Shown here one piece after another: positions 19,523 through 29,349 of a DNA stretch of 51,998 nt; position 1 is the stretch's first letter, and the number at the start of each line of letters is the position of its first letter. This DNA is from an uncultured Thermoanaerobaculia bacterium (GTDB lineage: Bacteria; Acidobacteriota; Thermoanaerobaculia; Multivoradales; JAGPDF01). The notes beneath the pieces were generated by a model that was given only the letters and a program-made list of their open reading frames with translations, was not told the DNA's origin and did no database searches. Location: positions 1-51,998 of the forward strand of contig CAZQTL010000003.1 of NCBI GenBank assembly GCA_964595975.1. The letters run 5' to 3'. The position numbers were made by a program, and so were the translations under genes.

Positions 19523-19595
19523 GCGCACGCCCGGCGCTGCAAATCAGTTCACAGCCGGCGCCTGCTCCCGCTGTTAGGTTCCGCCTGGGGCTCTC

Positions 19596-20678
19596 ATGAT
19601 CACCGACCTTCGGCCGACACGAAGCTGCACCCCATTCACCGGTCTTTTCGCTCTCGGGCTGGTCCTGGCGCTGCCGCTGGCGGCGCAACAGACCGTGGGC
19701 GGGTGCCAGGTCCTGCCCACCTCCAACATCTGGAATACGCCGGTCGCGAGTCTGCCGGTGGCGGCCAACTCCGCCAACGTCATCAATCACATCGGCGCCG
19801 CCGACACGATGCACCCGGACTTCGGCACGGTCTGGGAGGGGGCGCCGATCGGCATCCCCTACGTGGTCGTGCCCAACGGCCAGGCGATGCTGCCGATCGA
19901 CTTCGCCTCGCTCGACGGCTGGCCGGAGGAGAGCGACGCCGGTCCCTACCCGATTCCGCCGAACCCGCCGATCGAGGGCGGAGACACGCCCACCAACCAG
20001 GGCGACCGCCACATTCTCGTCGTCCGGCAGGGGACCTGCATCCTCTACGAGCTCTACCACTCGTGGAAGGAGGGGGACTTCAACGGCGACTTCACCTGCG
20101 TCGTCCCCGGCGCGACGCCGGGCTGGTGCGGCCTGTCGGGGGCGTTCTACGACCTCGCCTCGAACGACCTGCGCCCGGACGGCTGGACCTCCGCCGATGC
20201 CGCCGGCCTGCCGATCTTCCCCGGCCTGGTGCGCTACGACGAAGTCGAGAGCGGCGAGATCCGCCACGCCCTGCGCTTCACCGTCGACATCTCGCGCACC
20301 AGCTGGGTCTGGCCGGCGCGGCATCAGTCCGGCTCCACCAGCAACGTCAACGCCCCGCCGATGGGCCTGCGCCTGCGGATGAAGGCCGGCTACACCCTGC
20401 CGGGAGCGACGCCGCGGGTGCGTGTCATCCTGGCGGCGCTGAAGCGCTACGGCATGATGGTCGCCGACAACGGCACGGACTGGTACCTCTCCGGCGTCCC
20501 CGATCCGCGCTGGGACGACGACGAGCTCTCCGTCATCAACGACATTCCCGGCAGCGCCTTCGAAGTGGTGGACGTCTCGAGTCTGCAGCTCGCCGCCGAC
20601 TCCGGCGCGACGCCGCATCTGTGGAGCGACGGTTTCGAGGCCGGCACCGCCGCGCAGTGGTCGGCCGTCGCCCCCTAG
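19596..20678 (+). CDS. Secreted conserved hypothetical protein
   Basis: 360 aa. It has a signal peptide (FALGLVLALPLAAQQ). Blocks such as ADAAGLPIFPGLVRYDEV..GEIRHALRFT and KRYGMMVADNG look family-like, but I cannot name the family. Confidence 0.6.
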   Translation: MITDLRPTRSCTPFTGLFALGLVLALPLAAQQTVGGCQVLPTSNIWNTPVASLPVAANSANVINHIGAADTMHPDFGTVWEGAPIGIPYVVVPNGQAMLPIDFASLDGWPEESDAGPYPIPPNPPIEGGDTPTNQGDRHILVVRQGTCILYELYHSWKEGDFNGDFTCVVPGATPGWCGLSGAFYDLASNDLRPDGWTSADAAGLPIFPGLVRYDEVESGEIRHALRFTVDISRTSWVWPARHQSGSTSNVNAPPMGLRLRMKAGYTLPGATPRVRVILAALKRYGMMVADNGTDWYLSGVPDPRWDDDELSVINDIPGSAFEVVDVSSLQLAADSGATPHLWSDGFEAGTAAQWSAVAP

Positions 20679-21622
20679 AGCTCAGCCCGGAAGCGATCGC
20701 CGAGGTCGCCGAGCAGCACGATCTCGGGTTCGAGCGCGACGCCGCAGCTCGCCGCGGCCCGCTCGCGCATGGCGCGCATGAGCGCGAGGACGTCGGCAGC
20801 CGTCGCTCCACCGGTGTTGACGATCACGTTGGCATGCTTCGGACTCACCTGCGCCCCGCCGACGCTCGTCCCCTTGAGCCCGGCGGCGTCGAGCAGGCGA
20901 CCGGCCGAGTCGCCAGGCGGGTTCTTGAAGATCGAGCCGGCGTTCGGTTGCCCGGAGGGGAGCGTCGCCCAGCGCCGCGAGTTGAGCTCCTCCATCCGCG
21001 CCAGCAGCGCCGCCGGATCGCCGGGAACGAGGTCGAAGAGCGCCCGGGTGACGATGGAGCCGGTCCGCCGGAGACAGGTCGAGCGGTAGGAGGCCTCGAG
21101 CTCCGCGACCCCGATCCGGCGCCGCCGGCCGTCGAGCTCGACCAGTCGGACCGAGCGCAGCACGTCCTTGATCTCGGTGCCGTAGCAGCCGGCGTTCATG
21201 AAAACGGCGCCGCCGACGGTCGACGGGAAGCCGGCGAGCGCCTCGAGCCCGGCGAGGCCGGCCGAGGCCGCCTTGCGCGCCGCGACCGCGAGCGGCGCAG
21301 CGGCACCGGCGCTCAGCCGGCGCCCGCGGATGCGGACGCGCTTGAGCTCTCCGCCCAGGCGGGCGACGACCCCGGGCAGGCCAGCGTCGGGGGCGAGTAC
21401 GTTTGAGCCCAGCCCGAGCAACTGAAAGGGGAGGCGGCGCTGCGCGACTCCCTGCAGCAGGGCGACCAGCGCCCGCTCGGAGCCGACCTCGACGAACAGC
21501 TCCGCCGGCCCTCCGATCCGCAGGGTCGAGAGGCGAGCCAGCTCCCGTCCCGGGCGGACCTGCAGCCCCGGGATCGCCGAGATCCAATGCTCGTTTTCGC
21601 CCGTTTCGTCAGACGACGCCAC
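20675..21622 (-). CDS. murB: UDP-N-acetylenolpyruvoylglucosamine reductase
   Basis: Motifs are [48 protein letters not shown] and [15 protein letters not shown] place the start at GTG 21622 (315 aa). The track ATG at 21718 would add 32 poorly MurB-like residues. Confidence 0.85.
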   Translation of the reverse strand: MASSDETGENEHWISAIPGLQVRPGRELARLSTLRIGGPAELFVEVGSERALVALLQGVAQRRLPFQLLGLGSNVLAPDAGLPGVVARLGGELKRVRIRGRRLSAGAAAPLAVAARKAASAGLAGLEALAGFPSTVGGAVFMNAGCYGTEIKDVLRSVRLVELDGRRRRIGVAELEASYRSTCLRRTGSIVTRALFDLVPGDPAALLARMEELNSRRWATLPSGQPNAGSIFKNPPGDSAGRLLDAAGLKGTSVGGAQVSPKHANVIVNTGGATAADVLALMRAMRERAAASCGVALEPEIVLLGDLGDRFRAEL

Positions 21623-21762
21623 CGGAATCCGTCCTTTCCCCGACAGAAAGGCGGTCGATTCGTCGCTTTCTCGACCGCCTGCCTGCGGGTAGTATAGAGG
21701 CGGAAATGCGGCGGGCAAACGTCGTCCGGCCGATCACAGCGACGAGCGAGGGAGTCAATCCA

Positions 21763-22796
<1,034 letters not shown>

Positions 22797-22800
<4 letters not shown>

Positions 22801-23246
22801 GCGGCGTCAGACGGCGCCGCCTCCTGCTCTCCGGCCTCCTGTCGCTGTCGGCCGCGGGAGTCCTGGCGCAAGCCCTCCAGGGATCCGCTGCGCAGCGGCA
22901 CGACCTCGTTCTGACGGCCTCCACCTGGGCTTTCCCCAACCGGCCGATCGAGGTCACGCTGGAGCAATCCGGAACCCTGGCGGGCCGCCATCTGGCGGTC
23001 CGCCTCTTCGTCGACGAGAACGAGTTCGCCCGGATCACGACACGGGCCGATCGAACCCGGGTCACGATCCCTCTCCCCCCCCTGACCCCGGGGCCCCACC
23101 TGCTGCTGGCAAAGGTCGGCACGCAGACAGCCTCGACCGGAATTCGCATCCTGTCCTGGTCCTGGGCCGGAGCGGCGGCCGTTTCCCTGATGGGGGCCGG
23201 CGGAATGCTCTACGTGCTTCTTCGCCGGCGCCGTCGGCCGGCCTGA
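22797..23246 (+). CDS. Small exported, C-terminally membrane-anchored hypothetical protein
   Basis: 149 aa from GTG 22797, in a GTGA overlap with the recA stop. It has an Arg-rich signal ([23 protein letters not shown]), a beta-rich middle, and a C-terminal TM helix followed by RRRRRPA. Confidence 0.5.
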
Positions 23247-23253
23247 GAACCGG

Positions 23254-23272
23254 CGCCGGCGAAGGGCCGGCG
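23254..23272. terminator. GC hairpin between convergent genes (candidate bidirectional terminator)
   Basis: CGCCGGC-GAAGG-GCCGGCG forms a perfect 7-bp stem. It lies in the 36-nt gap between the stops at 23246 (+) and 23283 (-). There is no U-tract. Confidence 0.35.
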
Positions 23273-23282
23273 TGCGCAGGAG

Positions 23283-24398
23283 TCAGCCGCCGAACGGCAC
23301 CAGCCGGCTCCACCACCGATCGCGGCCGCTGGTCGCTGCTGCGCTGCCGCAGACGGCGTCCATCTCCCCAACCGCCACCGGCAACAGCGCCAGCGCCCCC
23401 TTGCGGAACTGCAGGATCAGCCAGTCCATCCGCCGCGCCCGATCCTCCGGCGCGAGATTGGCGAGCAGCCCGCCGAGACCGGTCTTGCCGTCGATGCGGC
23501 GATAGAACGAAAGCACCGGCTCCGACATCCGCGACTCCTCCTGGCTCGTGGGCGGCTGCAACCAGACCGGCACATAGTGCTCCAGGGCGTCGAACGGCAC
23601 CGCCAGATGGTGGCGCAGGAAGACCGCCTGCTCCTCGGTGACCTGCTCGATCAACAGGTCGGCGAGCCGCAGCTCGGCCGAGCCGGAGTCGGAGTGATCG
23701 CCGACCGATTCGATGTCGAGCGCCTCGACCACGGTCAGCCGGTAGGCCGCCTGCAGAAAGCGGAAGAAGGAGCCGCGGACCTCGTTGTACAGCTCGGCCA
23801 GCGTCAGCTTGCCGTCGACCGCGCGGTAGATCCGCCGTTCGAGCGGCGTCAGCAGCCCCTGGGGGGCCTTGCGTCCGCGTTGCAGCACGACGTTGTCGTG
23901 GACGAAGATCCGCCGCACCCGCTGCGCCTCGTCCGACCACCGGCTGCCTTCCATGGCGAGCGCCACGGCGGACAGCGGAGTGCGCAGCTCGAGCTCGCTG
24001 GCCAGCGACTCGGCGGCGAAGTAGAAGATTCCCGAGCGCCAGAGGAAGATGTCGCAGACCTGATTCTCGACGTGCTGACGGAGCCCCTCCTGGACCTTGT
24101 CGGTCGTCAGGAGGCCCATCGTCTCCAGGGCGTCGCCCAGCTTCTGGCCGGTCCGCTGACAATGCTTCAGCGCCCGGATCAGGTCGTTTTCGTCGAGCAG
24201 GCCGTTGACCAGCAGGTGCTGCCCGAAGAACTCGGCCGGATCGTCCGAGAAACAGGCGACGACCTCGCCCTCGCGCAGGAAGATCCGCTTCTCGGAGCCG
24301 CTGCGCCGGATGACCAGCGCTCCCGACCGATGGTCGTTCTGCGCCCATTGCAGGATGTCGCCGATCGGGAACGAGGCCAGGCGGCCGGAGAATTCCAT
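23283..24398 (-). CDS. DUF4388 domain-containing protein
   Basis: 371 aa from ATG 24398. The N-terminus GRLASFPIGDILQWAQNDHRSGALVI..IFLREGEVV matches the DUF4388 pattern as I remember it. The remainder is uncharacterised. Confidence 0.7.
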   Translation of the reverse strand: MEFSGRLASFPIGDILQWAQNDHRSGALVIRRSGSEKRIFLREGEVVACFSDDPAEFFGQHLLVNGLLDENDLIRALKHCQRTGQKLGDALETMGLLTTDKVQEGLRQHVENQVCDIFLWRSGIFYFAAESLASELELRTPLSAVALAMEGSRWSDEAQRVRRIFVHDNVVLQRGRKAPQGLLTPLERRIYRAVDGKLTLAELYNEVRGSFFRFLQAAYRLTVVEALDIESVGDHSDSGSAELRLADLLIEQVTEEQAVFLRHHLAVPFDALEHYVPVWLQPPTSQEESRMSEPVLSFYRRIDGKTGLGGLLANLAPEDRARRMDWLILQFRKGALALLPVAVGEMDAVCGSAAATSGRDRWWSRLVPFGG

Positions 24399-24464
24399 GG
24401 TGGAGGGCTGGTATGTTACCTGCACTCTCCCCCTTCTGAACGCGACCGGAGAGGAAAGACACCC

Positions 24465-27425
24465 ATGCACCTGTGCCGTCCATCGAATCTGGCTCCTGCC
24501 TTGCTCGCCGTCGCCCTCGCGCTCGGCGCCAGCCCCGTGTTGCAGGCCGTCGAGCCGCCCTGCCGGCTCTGCGCCGGCGTGGTCGTCGACGACCCGTTCG
24601 CCGCCGCCGCCGCCCTCGAGGCCGCGCCGCGGCTGGAAAAAGAGGCGCGATTCTTCGTCGCCTGGGACGCGCCGCTCGATGGCACCGCCTCCCCCGCCGG
24701 AGCGCACGCCGTCACCGCGGCCGGAGCTCTGCCCTGGATCCGCCTGCAGTTCGCGACCCCGGAGCCTGTGCTCGAACATCTCGAGGCGCTGCAGCGCGAG
24801 CTCGATGCCGCCGTCGAATTGGCACGCCTCGCCCCGCCGGCGACCTACTTCGAGATCGACTGGGCAGGAGGCCCGGCTGCCGCCCCGGTCGACGCCCGCC
24901 AGTACGCCTTTCTGGTCAAACGGGCGGCGGTCGCCCTCACCGGCGTCCAGCCCGAGGCCCGGGTCTTCACCCAGGCGCTGCCCGCCGACCCCGCCTGGCT
25001 CGGTGTCTGGTACGCCGAAGGCGTCGCCGCCTACCTCGACGGCGTCGAGCTCGCAGCGGCACCGGACGAGAGCCTGACCGCGACCCTGGCCGAGCTCGCC
25101 AACCTCGATCCGGGGCGGTCCGTCGCCCATGTCGGAGGGGAGCTGCCGGCCGACAGCCGCCTCGGACTCGCCGAAGTGGCACGCCGCGCGACGGGCGGAT
25201 TCGGCATCACCCTGCTGCGCAGCGCCAACCCGACCGCGTCCGACCTCGCGCCTCTCAAGGTGCTGGCCAACGAGTTTCGCGGCGAGCTGGAGCCCGATCC
25301 CGGGACGACTCCTGCCGGAGGTGCCGCCTGGAGCTTCGTCCGCGGGGCCGACCTGGGCCTGCGGGTGGTGGCTGCCGGCCCGGCCGCGCCCGTCCCCGGA
25401 GGACGAGCGCCGGCGCTCGTCCTGACGTTGCCCGATCCCCAGCTCCGGACGCCGGTCCGGATCGACCTCGCGAGCGGCGTCGCCACGCCGCTCGCCGAGC
25501 CCCGGCGCTCCGCGGCCGCCGTCGAGCTGCGACTCGCCCAGCCGCAGCCGGTGGAGATCCTGCGCTTCGAGCGACCTTCGGCGGCGGAGCTCGAAGGGGT
25601 CTCCGAAGAGGTGACGATCGCCTCCGAGCGCGAGATCCCGGTCGAGGAGATCCTGCGCCGGTTGCAGGCGTTCGAGGACGGCCAGGCTCGCCGCCTGCTG
25701 CGCTACCAGGCCGTCAACTCCACCACCCTGCGGTTTCAGGCGGCCTCCGGGACGCAGGCCATCGAGGCGACCTTCGAGGGCGAGTTCTTCTTCCGCCAGG
25801 GCCAGCCGTTCGACTGGGCGTGGCAGAACTTCTATGTCAACGGCGTGAAATGGCGCGGCAAGGAGATCCCCGAGCTGCCGCTCATCCAGCCCGAGAAGGC
25901 GGCGGCGATGCCGCTCGAGATCCTGTTCACCAAGGAGTACCGCTACGCCCTGCGCGGACGGGAAACCGTCGACGGTCGCGACTGCTGGGTGATCGAGTTC
26001 GAGCCCGCGACCCCGGTCGAGGGCAGGAACCTCTACCGCGGCACGGTCTGGGTCGACCGCGCGCTGTGGACGCGGGTGCGCTCGCGCGCCGTCCAGCTCG
26101 GCCTGCAGGGTGAGGTGCTGTCGAACGAAGAGACGATGACCTACTCGCCGATCGACGAGAACGGCGCTCCCGCCGCCTGGTCGGCGGCGAGCTACTTCCT
26201 GCCGCTCCGGGTGACGGCGCAGCAGGTGCTGTCGGTGCTCAATACCGCCACCGTCGTCGAGAAGGAGGTCCGGCTCACCGGGGTGCGGATCAACGGTCCC
26301 GATTTCGATCAGCGCCGCGACGAGGTCCTGGCGTCGAAATCGACCATGGTGCGCGATACCGACAAGGGCTTCCGCTACCTGGTGAAGGACGAAAAGACCG
26401 GCGAACGCACGGTGCAGGAGGGCTTCGACAACGACCGGCTCTTCCTCGTCGGCGGCACCTTCTACGACGACTCGCTCGACTACCCGCTGCCGCTCGTCGG
26501 CGTCAACTACTTCAACCTCGACACGGGCGGCAAGAAGCGTCAGCTGAACGCCTTCTTCGGCGGCGTCCTGGGAATCCTCAACTATGCCGATCCGCGCGTC
26601 GGCGGCAGCAAGTTCGATCTCGGCGTCGACGTTTTCGCCATCGCCATCGCCTCGAGCGACCAGCTCTATCGCGACGGAGTCGAGATGCCGGACGAGGAGG
26701 TCGAAGAGCTGCCAGCGCGGGTGTCGGTCAACATCGGCCACCCGCTCGGCAACTTCGTCAAGTGGAACGCGAGCTATCAGCTGGCGTGGTCGAGCTTCTC
26801 CGACACCGACAACACCGCCGCCGAGTTCGTCGTGCCGGAGAGCACCTTCACCCATTCGCTGGCGAGCGCCCTGGCCTTCTCTCGCTCGGGCTACCGGCTC
26901 GAGCTCTCCGGCGCCTTCCATCAGCGCGCGAAGTGGGATTTCTGGGGACTGCCGGGAGCCGGCGCAGCGGGGGAGTTCGATCCCGCCGCCAAGGACTACG
27001 TCACCTGGCAGATCGCGGCGAGCAAGAACTGGTACCTGGCCAACTTCCGCAAGGTCGGGCTCTCCGTCGAGTACCTCGGCGGCAGCGACCTCGATCGCTT
27101 CAGCAAGTATCAGTTCGGCTTCTTCGGCGGCACCCGCGTGCACGGCTACCAGATCGGCAAGGTGCGTGCCGAAGAGGCCTATGCCGCGCATGCGAGCTAC
27201 GGCTTCGAGCTCGGCAAGCTGCTGCGGCTCGACGCCGTCGTCGACGCCGCCTGGGCGACCGACGCGGCGAGCGGGCTCGACAACGAGCTCCTCTCGGGCG
27301 TGGGCGTGACCGGCACTTTCATGGGTCCGTGGGAGACGATCATCAACATGGACATCGGCACACCCGTCGCCGGTCCCGATGATGGGCTGGTGGCGTATAT
27401 CGTCTTCCTGAAGCTGTTCAACTAG
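24465..27425 (+). CDS. Large composite outer-membrane protein: unknown N-terminal domain, LolA-like lipoprotein-sorting-type domain, and Omp85/BamA-like beta-barrel
   Basis: 986 aa from ATG 24465, with GGAGAGGA upstream. It has a signal peptide (APALLAVALALGASPVLQA). The middle region (IPVEEILRRL..TVDGRDCWVIEFEP..LYRGTVWVDRALW) is LolA-like. The C-terminal ~330 aa has alternating beta-strand periodicity and ends in LKLFN. Confidence 0.7.
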   Translation: MHLCRPSNLAPALLAVALALGASPVLQAVEPPCRLCAGVVVDDPFAAAAALEAAPRLEKEARFFVAWDAPLDGTASPAGAHAVTAAGALPWIRLQFATPEPVLEHLEALQRELDAAVELARLAPPATYFEIDWAGGPAAAPVDARQYAFLVKRAAVALTGVQPEARVFTQALPADPAWLGVWYAEGVAAYLDGVELAAAPDESLTATLAELANLDPGRSVAHVGGELPADSRLGLAEVARRATGGFGITLLRSANPTASDLAPLKVLANEFRGELEPDPGTTPAGGAAWSFVRGADLGLRVVAAGPAAPVPGGRAPALVLTLPDPQLRTPVRIDLASGVATPLAEPRRSAAAVELRLAQPQPVEILRFERPSAAELEGVSEEVTIASEREIPVEEILRRLQAFEDGQARRLLRYQAVNSTTLRFQAASGTQAIEATFEGEFFFRQGQPFDWAWQNFYVNGVKWRGKEIPELPLIQPEKAAAMPLEILFTKEYRYALRGRETVDGRDCWVIEFEPATPVEGRNLYRGTVWVDRALWTRVRSRAVQLGLQGEVLSNEETMTYSPIDENGAPAAWSAASYFLPLRVTAQQVLSVLNTATVVEKEVRLTGVRINGPDFDQRRDEVLASKSTMVRDTDKGFRYLVKDEKTGERTVQEGFDNDRLFLVGGTFYDDSLDYPLPLVGVNYFNLDTGGKKRQLNAFFGGVLGILNYADPRVGGSKFDLGVDVFAIAIASSDQLYRDGVEMPDEEVEELPARVSVNIGHPLGNFVKWNASYQLAWSSFSDTDNTAAEFVVPESTFTHSLASALAFSRSGYRLELSGAFHQRAKWDFWGLPGAGAAGEFDPAAKDYVTWQIAASKNWYLANFRKVGLSVEYLGGSDLDRFSKYQFGFFGGTRVHGYQIGKVRAEEAYAAHASYGFELGKLLRLDAVVDAAWATDAASGLDNELLSGVGVTGTFMGPWETIINMDIGTPVAGPDDGLVAYIVFLKLFN

Positions 27426-27522
27426 CGCGGCCGGCGTCCCGGGAAGCAGCCGGCCGGGAGAAGCGGAGGCAGCGACGTCGCGCGATCGACCGTCCGCAAT
27501 CGTCCGCCACGCGCGGCGGGGC

Positions 27523-29349
27523 CTGCTGCGCCTCGCCGCGCTGCGGCGCCGGCCCCGGGTCGACCTGATCCTCGGTCCGGGCTACCGCCATGCCCTGCCG
27601 GGCGGCCTGCTCGACGCCGAGCGCTCGACGCGCATTTTCGCCTTCCTGCGGGACGCCGGTCTCGTCGTCCGTCGCCGGCTTCATCGCCCGCGTCCAGCGA
27701 GCTTCGCCGAGCTGCGGGCGGCGCACGACGACGACTACCTCGAACGCCTGCAGCGGCCCGGAGCCCTGACCCCGGTCGTCGGCTTCGCGATCCCCGACCG
27801 CGCCGAGCAGACGCTCCTCGCCGTCGAGCGCGAGATGACGGGAGGCACCCTGTTGGCGGCGCAGCTGGCGCGCGCTTCGGGCGGTATCGCGGTCAACCTG
27901 GGGGGCGGCTTCCACCACGCCCACCGCGATCGCGGCCGCGGCTTCTGCATCTTCAACGACGTCGCCGTCGCGATTCTGGCGCAGCGCGCGCTGGGCTTCC
28001 GCGGCCGGATCCTGGTGGTCGACCTCGACCTGCACGACGGCGACGGCACGCGTTCGATCTTCGCCGCCGACCCGACCGTGCACACCTTCTCGATTCACAA
28101 CCAGAACTGGGACGACCGTCCGGCGGTCGCAGCGACCGTGCTCCCGCTCGGGCCGGGAATCGACGACGCGCGCTATCTCGCGACTCTCTCCGCGACACTC
28201 CCCGACCTCGTCGAGAGCTTCGCGCCAGAGCTCGTCGTTTACACCTGCGGTGTCGACGCAGCCGCCGACGACGCTCTGGGCGACTGGCGGATCAGCGCCG
28301 GGGGTCTGCTCGAGCGCGATCGCCTGGTCGTCGGCCTGGCGCGGCGACGGCGCCTGCCGCTGGTCGTGACCCTGGCGGGAGGCTACGGCGACAACAGCTG
28401 GCGCTACTTCGCGCGCTTCCTCTCCTGGCTCCTGAGCGGCGAGGCGCTGGAGCCGCCGACCACCGAAGCGTTGATCATCGACCGCTTCCGTGACCTCGTG
28501 CAGAGCTTCTCGCTCGGCGAGCTCCGGGGGCCCGTGACGGAGGAGCCCCTGCTCACCGAAGCCGATCTCGGCGGCGGCCAGGGGCTGGCAAGCCCCGAGA
28601 CCCGCCTGCTCGGCTTCTACTCGCGCTCGGGAATCGAGCTCGCTCTCGAGCGGCTCGGCCACATGTCGCGCCTGCGCGAGCTCGGCTACGAGAATCCGGA
28701 GGTCGAGTTCGACCTCGGGTCCTCCGGCCAGACGCTGCGCATCTTCGGCTCGGCGGGCCGGCGCGAGCTGGTGCTCGAGATGCGGCTGCGACGCGATCGC
28801 CGCACCCTTCCGGGCGAGGAGCTGCTGGCGATCGACTGGCTGCTGCTGCAGAATCCGCGCGCCCACTTCACCCCGGCCCGGCCGGCCCTTCCGGGCCAGG
28901 CTCATCCCGGCCTCGGCATGCTGCGCGAGACGATCGCGGCGACGATGCTGATCTGCGACCGCCTGCATCTCGGCGGGCTCATCGTCACGCCGTCGCACTT
29001 CCACGCCGCAGCGCAGGCGCGCGGCGAGCTGCGCTTCCTGGATCCGCGTCGCGAAGGGCTCTTCCGCAGCTTCCAGAGGGCCCTTGGGACGCTGCCGCTC
29101 GGCGAAGCGACGCGTGCCGCGAGCGACGGCCGGGTGCGCGACGCCGCGACCGGCGAAGCGATTCGCTGGCCCCCGAGCACGATGATCCTGCCGCTCGCCG
29201 GCAGTCTGCGCCAGCGCCTCGACTCGCCGGAGTACGAACGCCTGGCCGCGGAGTCCGAAGTCCCCCTGCGCCTCGCTGGCGTCAGCGCGGAACGGTCAGC
29301 GGGGTCAGGATCAGCTCGCGGCCCTGGGGCGGAGGCAGGGGCGCCATGA
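27523..29349 (+). CDS. Histone deacetylase-family (arginase/deacetylase fold) enzyme with a ~300-aa C-terminal extension; start codon unresolved
   Basis: Zinc and active-site region is NLGGGFHHAHRDRGRGFCIFNDVAVA..VDLDLHDGDGT..LAGGY. HDAC-like sequence (VDLILGPGY..AAHDDDYLERL) continues upstream of the first ATG (27835) to at least 27559. The frame is open from 27412. The 5' coordinate given is the first in-frame CTG and is provisional. Confidence 0.72.
   Translation: MLRLAALRRRPRVDLILGPGYRHALPGGLLDAERSTRIFAFLRDAGLVVRRRLHRPRPASFAELRAAHDDDYLERLQRPGALTPVVGFAIPDRAEQTLLAVEREMTGGTLLAAQLARASGGIAVNLGGGFHHAHRDRGRGFCIFNDVAVAILAQRALGFRGRILVVDLDLHDGDGTRSIFAADPTVHTFSIHNQNWDDRPAVAATVLPLGPGIDDARYLATLSATLPDLVESFAPELVVYTCGVDAAADDALGDWRISAGGLLERDRLVVGLARRRRLPLVVTLAGGYGDNSWRYFARFLSWLLSGEALEPPTTEALIIDRFRDLVQSFSLGELRGPVTEEPLLTEADLGGGQGLASPETRLLGFYSRSGIELALERLGHMSRLRELGYENPEVEFDLGSSGQTLRIFGSAGRRELVLEMRLRRDRRTLPGEELLAIDWLLLQNPRAHFTPARPALPGQAHPGLGMLRETIAATMLICDRLHLGGLIVTPSHFHAAAQARGELRFLDPRREGLFRSFQRALGTLPLGEATRAASDGRVRDAATGEAIRWPPSTMILPLAGSLRQRLDSPEYERLAAESEVPLRLAGVSAERSAGSGSARGPGAEAGAP

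Noticed and set aside
20675-20678. Convergent genes sharing a palindromic CTAG as overlapping TAG stops, seen here and again at 48949-48952
   Set aside because: The observation is real in the sequence (TAG on both strands within CTAG at both sites). It is most simply explained by genome compaction. I see no associated structure or function, so it is too trivial to list as a finding.
21623-21718. Longer MurB N-terminus from ATG 21718
   Set aside because: It would place the conserved L.T.RIGG block about 68 residues from the N-terminus, instead of about 36 with GTG 21622. It would also consume most of the murB-recA divergent promoter region. It is not excluded.
21623-21762. LexA/SOS operator upstream of recA
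   Set aside because: I looked for palindromic or direct-repeat SOS boxes (CTGT-N8-ACAG, GAAC-N4-GTTC, GTTC-N7-GTTC types) and found none. Only a weak promoter-like TCGACC-N16-TATAGA (21671-21698) is present, which is too weak to annotate.
23283-27191. 1302-aa minus ORF, and the reciprocal 1282-aa plus ORF (23577-27425)
   Set aside because: Each contains one real gene (DUF4388 at 23283-24398; the outer-membrane protein at 24465-27425) plus a long antisense extension across the other gene. The real starts are supported by an SD (GGAGAGGA) and by the domain N-termini.
29282-29349. 68-nt convergent overlap of the HDAC-like and M14 genes, with similar overlaps at 15902-15935 and 40308-40385
   Set aside because: These are probably low-complexity C-terminal tails extended by the scarcity of stop codons in GC-rich DNA. 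There is no evidence of antisense regulation from the sequence alone.
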